In this document: positions 1 to 1,207 of the stretch, piece by piece
Layout: each line of letters begins with the position of its first letter
Numbering within the stretch: the stretch's first letter is position 1
Program-made: the position numbers and the translations under genes
Notes under the pieces: generated by a model
The model's input: only the letters and a program-made list of their open reading frames with translations
Databases searched by the model: none
What the model was told of the DNA's origin: nothing
Source: Escherichia coli
GTDB taxonomy: Bacteria; Pseudomonadota; Gammaproteobacteria; Enterobacterales; Enterobacteriaceae
Assembly: GCF_003334385.1 (NCBI RefSeq)
Contig: NZ_QOWN01000121.1
Strand: one strand, 5' to 3'
DNA: 1,207 nucleotides

Positions 1-313
1 CGCTCAAGCAACAGCGCATTCTGGCGCATGATCCGGTAAACACGTTTGGCATTGATCGCAGGCATACCATCAAGTTCTGCCTGTCTGCGAAGCAGCGCCC
101 ATACCCGACGATAACCATACGTGGGCAGCTCTCCGATAACATGGTGTATACGGAGAAGCACATCCGTATCATCAGTGTGACGACTGCGGCGGCCATCCAT
201 CCAGTCATCGGTTCGTCTGAGAATGACGTGCAACTGCGCACGCGACACCCGGAGACAACGGCTGACTAAGCTTACTCCCCATCCCCGGGCAATAAGGGCG
301 CGTGCGCTATCCA
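1..313 (-). CDS. insD: IS2 OrfB (InsD), DDE transposase catalytic part, N-terminal ~104 codons only; 3' end truncated by the window edge
   Basis: Manual translation of the reverse complement of 1-313 from the GTG at 313-311 gives (V/M)[103 protein letters not shown], recognised as the InsD N-terminus. It is in the -1 frame relative to orfA and overlaps its 3' end. It is absent from the ORF track because it has no ATG and no stop inside the window. Confidence 0.85.
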
Positions 314-637
314 CTTTTTTGCCCGTCCATATTCAACGGCTTCTTTGAGGAGTTCATTTTCCATCGTTTTCTTGCCGAGCAGGCGCTGGAGTTCTTTAAT
401 CTGCTTCATGGCGGCAGCAAGTTCAGAGGCAGGAACAACCTGTTCTCCGGCGGCGACAGCAGTAAGACTTCCTTCCTGGTATTGCTTACACCAGAGAAAT
501 AACTGGCTGGCTGCTACACCATGTTGCCGGGCAACGAGGGAGACCGTCATCCCCGGTTCAAAGCTCTGCTGAACAATTGCGATCTTTTCCTGTGTGGTAC
601 GCCGTCTGCGTTTCTCCGGCCCTAAGACATCAATCAT
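272..637 (-). CDS. insC: IS2 OrfA (InsC), the small helix-turn-helix DNA-binding / regulatory transposase subunit, 121 aa
   Basis: The supplied ORF 272..682(-) contains [49 protein letters not shown]...[15 protein letters not shown], recognised as IS2 InsC. I place the start at the ATG at 637-635 (residue 16 of the track ORF), which has the GGAG ribosome-binding site upstream. The track's longer N-terminus begins at a GTG inside the IRL and is unlikely to be real. Stop is TAA at 274-272. Confidence 0.9.
   Translation of the reverse strand: MIDVLGPEKRRRRTTQEKIAIVQQSFEPGMTVSLVARQHGVAASQLFLWCKQYQEGSLTAVAAGEQVVPASELAAAMKQIKELQRLLGKKTMENELLKEAVEYGRAKKWIAHAPLLPGDGE
314..320 (-). other. Programmed -1 ribosomal frameshift slippery heptamer A AAA AAG, joining orfA to orfB to make the OrfAB transposase
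   Basis: The minus strand reads GGGCAAAAAAGTGGATAGCGCAC. In the orfA frame this is GCA AAA AAG TGG. After a -1 slip the reading continues AAA AAA GTG GAT AGC..., giving [15 protein letters not shown]..., which matches the InsD N-terminus. A6G frameshift sites are the established mechanism in IS3-family elements. Confidence 0.7.
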
Positions 638-642
638 CTGTT

Positions 643-646
643 CTCC
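643..646 (-). promoter_or_regulatory. Shine-Dalgarno (GGAG) for IS2 orfA
   Basis: The minus strand reads CATTGGAGAACAGATG: GGAG followed by a 5-nt spacer and the orfA ATG at 637-635. Confidence 0.5.
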
Positions 647-676
647 AATGACTAGTCTAAAAACTAGTATTAAGAC

Positions 677-696
677 TATCACTTATTTAAGTGATA
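677..696. repeat. 9-2-9 palindrome TATCACTTA-tt-TAAGTGATA straddling the inner edge of the IS2 IRL
   Basis: Seen directly: 677-685 TATCACTTA, 686-687 TT, 688-696 TAAGTGATA, a perfect reverse complement. It lies between the terminus and the orfA start, where the IS2 promoter/operator is reported. Its function is inferred, not shown. Confidence 0.6.
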
Positions 697-728
697 CTGG
701 TTGTCTGGAGATTCAGGGGGCCAGTCTA
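688..728 (-). repeat. IS2 left terminal inverted repeat (IRL, ~41 bp); element terminus at position 728
   Basis: The minus-strand sequence starting at 728 is TAGACTGGCCCCCTGAATCTCCAGACAACCA..., the characteristic IS2 terminus. The exact inner boundary is taken from the published ~41-bp IRL length, not measured here because the right end is absent. Confidence 0.75.
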
Positions 729-913
729 GTCAGTGATCTACAGCCTGTTGAATAAAACCCCGGATGCTTCCCCCGATTCTGCAAGTAATACTTCGGTTAT
801 TTGCACTATTTTATCCCTGTTGAATTTGGTTAAGCCGGTGCAGACGCGCCGGGAAACGCACACCTGAACCGGCACAATAAAATACAATACAACCCCCTGT
901 TACTGGAGAAATG

Positions 914-945
914 TAAGCGTCAACGGAGCACCGTATTGACGCTTA
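914..945. repeat. Perfect palindrome / hairpin (10-bp arms TAAGCGTCAA / TTGACGCTTA, 12-nt loop) at the IS66-like terminus, overlapping the transposase stop codon
   Basis: Seen directly: 914-923 TAAGCGTCAA and 936-945 TTGACGCTTA are exact reverse complements. The loop CGGAGCACCGTA can form an extra 3-bp stem (CGG/CCG). On the plus strand it is followed by TTTATT (946-951), so it resembles an intrinsic terminator in that orientation. Confidence 0.6.
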
Positions 946-1128
946 TTTATTGGTGAGTACTACGTTCCATGGCAGGAGTTCGTCAACTCGGTTGGAAGGC
1001 CATTCCGGCAGTACGCTCAGGATATGGCGCAGATACGCTTCCGGATCGATACCGTTCAGACGGCAGGTGCCGATCAGCCCGTACAACAGTGCTCCACGCT
1101 CGCCGCCGTGATCGCTGCCAAAGAACAT
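943..1128 (-). pseudogene. IS66-family transposase (TnpC-like), C-terminal 61-codon fragment
   Basis: ORF 943..1128(-) translates to MFFGSDHGGERGALLYGLIGTCRLNGIDPEAYLRHILSVLPEWPSNRVDELLPWNVVLTNK. This matches the conserved IS66 transposase C-terminus pattern (WLFAGSD.GGERAA..YSLIGTCKLNG.DPEAYL...ELLPWN). Full-length proteins are ~500 aa, so about 90% is missing. The frame immediately upstream is closed by stop codons. Confidence 0.6.
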
Positions 1129-1180
1129 AAAGATGGTATGACCTTTATATACTCACTATAGCATTGGTGGGATATTCCAG

Positions 1181-1186
1181 AGGAGG
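1181..1186 (+). promoter_or_regulatory. Strong Shine-Dalgarno AGGAGG, 5 nt upstream of the ATG at 1192
   Basis: Positions 1181-1194 read AGGAGGTCATTATG: a consensus ribosome-binding site with optimal spacing to an ATG. Confidence 0.4.
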
Positions 1187-1191
1187 TCATT

Positions 1192-1207
1192 ATGCATTCG
1201 GAAAATA
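1192..1207 (+). CDS. 5' end of an unidentified ORF (M-H-S-E-N...), running off the window 3' edge
   Basis: ATG at 1192-1194 preceded by AGGAGG, then CAT TCG GAA AAT. Only 5 codons are visible, so no product can be assigned. The call rests entirely on the translation-initiation context. Confidence 0.25.

Larger units (their letters stand above)
1..728 (-). mobile_element. IS2 insertion sequence (IS3 family), left ~728 bp of the ~1.33 kb element; the remainder runs off the window 5' edge
   Basis: The reverse complement of 628-728 reads TAGACTGGCCCCCTGAATCTCCAGACAACCA...AGTCATTGGAGAACAGATGATTGATG, which I recognise as the IS2 left end followed by the orfA start. The two IS2 reading frames with the A6G frameshift site lie downstream in the expected arrangement. 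Identification is from recall of the IS2 sequence and InsC/InsD proteins, not from a search. Confidence 0.9.
913..1128 (-). mobile_element. IS66-family element, right-end remnant (terminal repeat plus 3' end of transposase gene); N-terminal side missing or diverged beyond ~1129-1145
   Basis: The plus strand at 913 begins GTAAGCG, the characteristic IS66-family terminal sequence, about 30 bp from the stop of a reading frame whose product has the IS66 transposase C-terminal signature. Homology is lost upstream of the frame, where in-frame stops TGA and TAG appear. The family assignment is from remembered motifs, not a search. Confidence 0.5.

Noticed and set aside
302-502. Plus-strand ORF of 66 aa from the six-frame track
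   Set aside because: It lies entirely antisense within IS2 orfA, whose identity is strongly supported. It has no ribosome-binding site and a low-complexity product, so it is a typical shadow ORF.
345-572. Plus-strand ORF of 75 aa from the six-frame track
   Set aside because: It is antisense to IS2 orfA and its product is rich in S/A/C/R with no recognisable domain. It is a shadow ORF of the opposite-strand gene.
638-682. N-terminal extension of the orfA ORF ([15 protein letters not shown]...) starting at GTG 682-680
   Set aside because: This stretch is the orfA 5' leader and IRL inner region. The ATG at 637-635 has a GGAG ribosome-binding site 5 nt upstream and gives the known 121-aa InsC, whereas the extension starts at a GTG inside the terminal repeat.
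724-733. IS2 target-site duplication at the left junction
   Set aside because: IS2 makes a 5-bp duplication, but the right end of the element is outside the window, so the flanking GTCAG at 729-733 cannot be compared with anything.
1151-1161. ACTCACTATAG, an exact 11-nt match to the core (-10 to +1) of the phage T7 RNA polymerase promoter
   Set aside because: The flanking positions do not match the T7 consensus: the upstream 7 nt are TTTATAT rather than TAATACG (including the critical -11 G), and the downstream nt are CATTG rather than GGAGA. It is also not the vector-derived T7 promoter. Most likely a chance match, though a BLAST of 1129-1207 would settle it.
1130-1180. Sigma-70 promoter for the ORF starting at 1192
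   Set aside because: Candidate -10 hexamers (TATACT 1148-1153, TATGAC 1137-1142 with an upstream TG) have no acceptable -35 partner at 16-18 bp spacing. A promoter may exist but cannot be called from sequence alone.
1-1207. CRISPR array, tRNA/rRNA gene, or a recognisable defence/toxin system
   Set aside because: There are no spaced direct repeats of CRISPR type, no tRNA-like cloverleaf candidates, and no non-IS ORF longer than 5 codons. The window gives no sequence-level support for a novel system; any such system would lie beyond the 3' edge.

Overview
This window is dominated by insertion-sequence material; I see no complete non-IS gene and no sequence-level evidence of a novel system. Calls rest on recall of the IS2 sequence and on translation by eye, not on any database search. 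Positions 1-728 are the left ~55% of an IS2 element (IS3 family) on the minus strand: terminal inverted repeat IRL at 688-728, complete orfA/insC at 272-637, the A AAA AAG -1 frameshift heptamer at 314-320, and the first ~104 codons of orfB/insD running off the 5' edge. A 184-bp spacer with no ORF and no recognisable identity follows (729-912). Positions 913-1128 look like the right-end remnant of an IS66-family element: it begins with GTAAGCG inside a perfect 10-bp-arm palindrome and carries only the last 61 codons of a transposase, with homology lost near 1129-1145. The final ~80 bp carry a strong ribosome-binding site (AGGAGG) and an ATG at 1192 for an unidentified plus-strand ORF that leaves the window after 5 codons. 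The locus is best read as an IS-scarred accessory or junction region; the only candidate cargo is the gene starting at the 3' edge.
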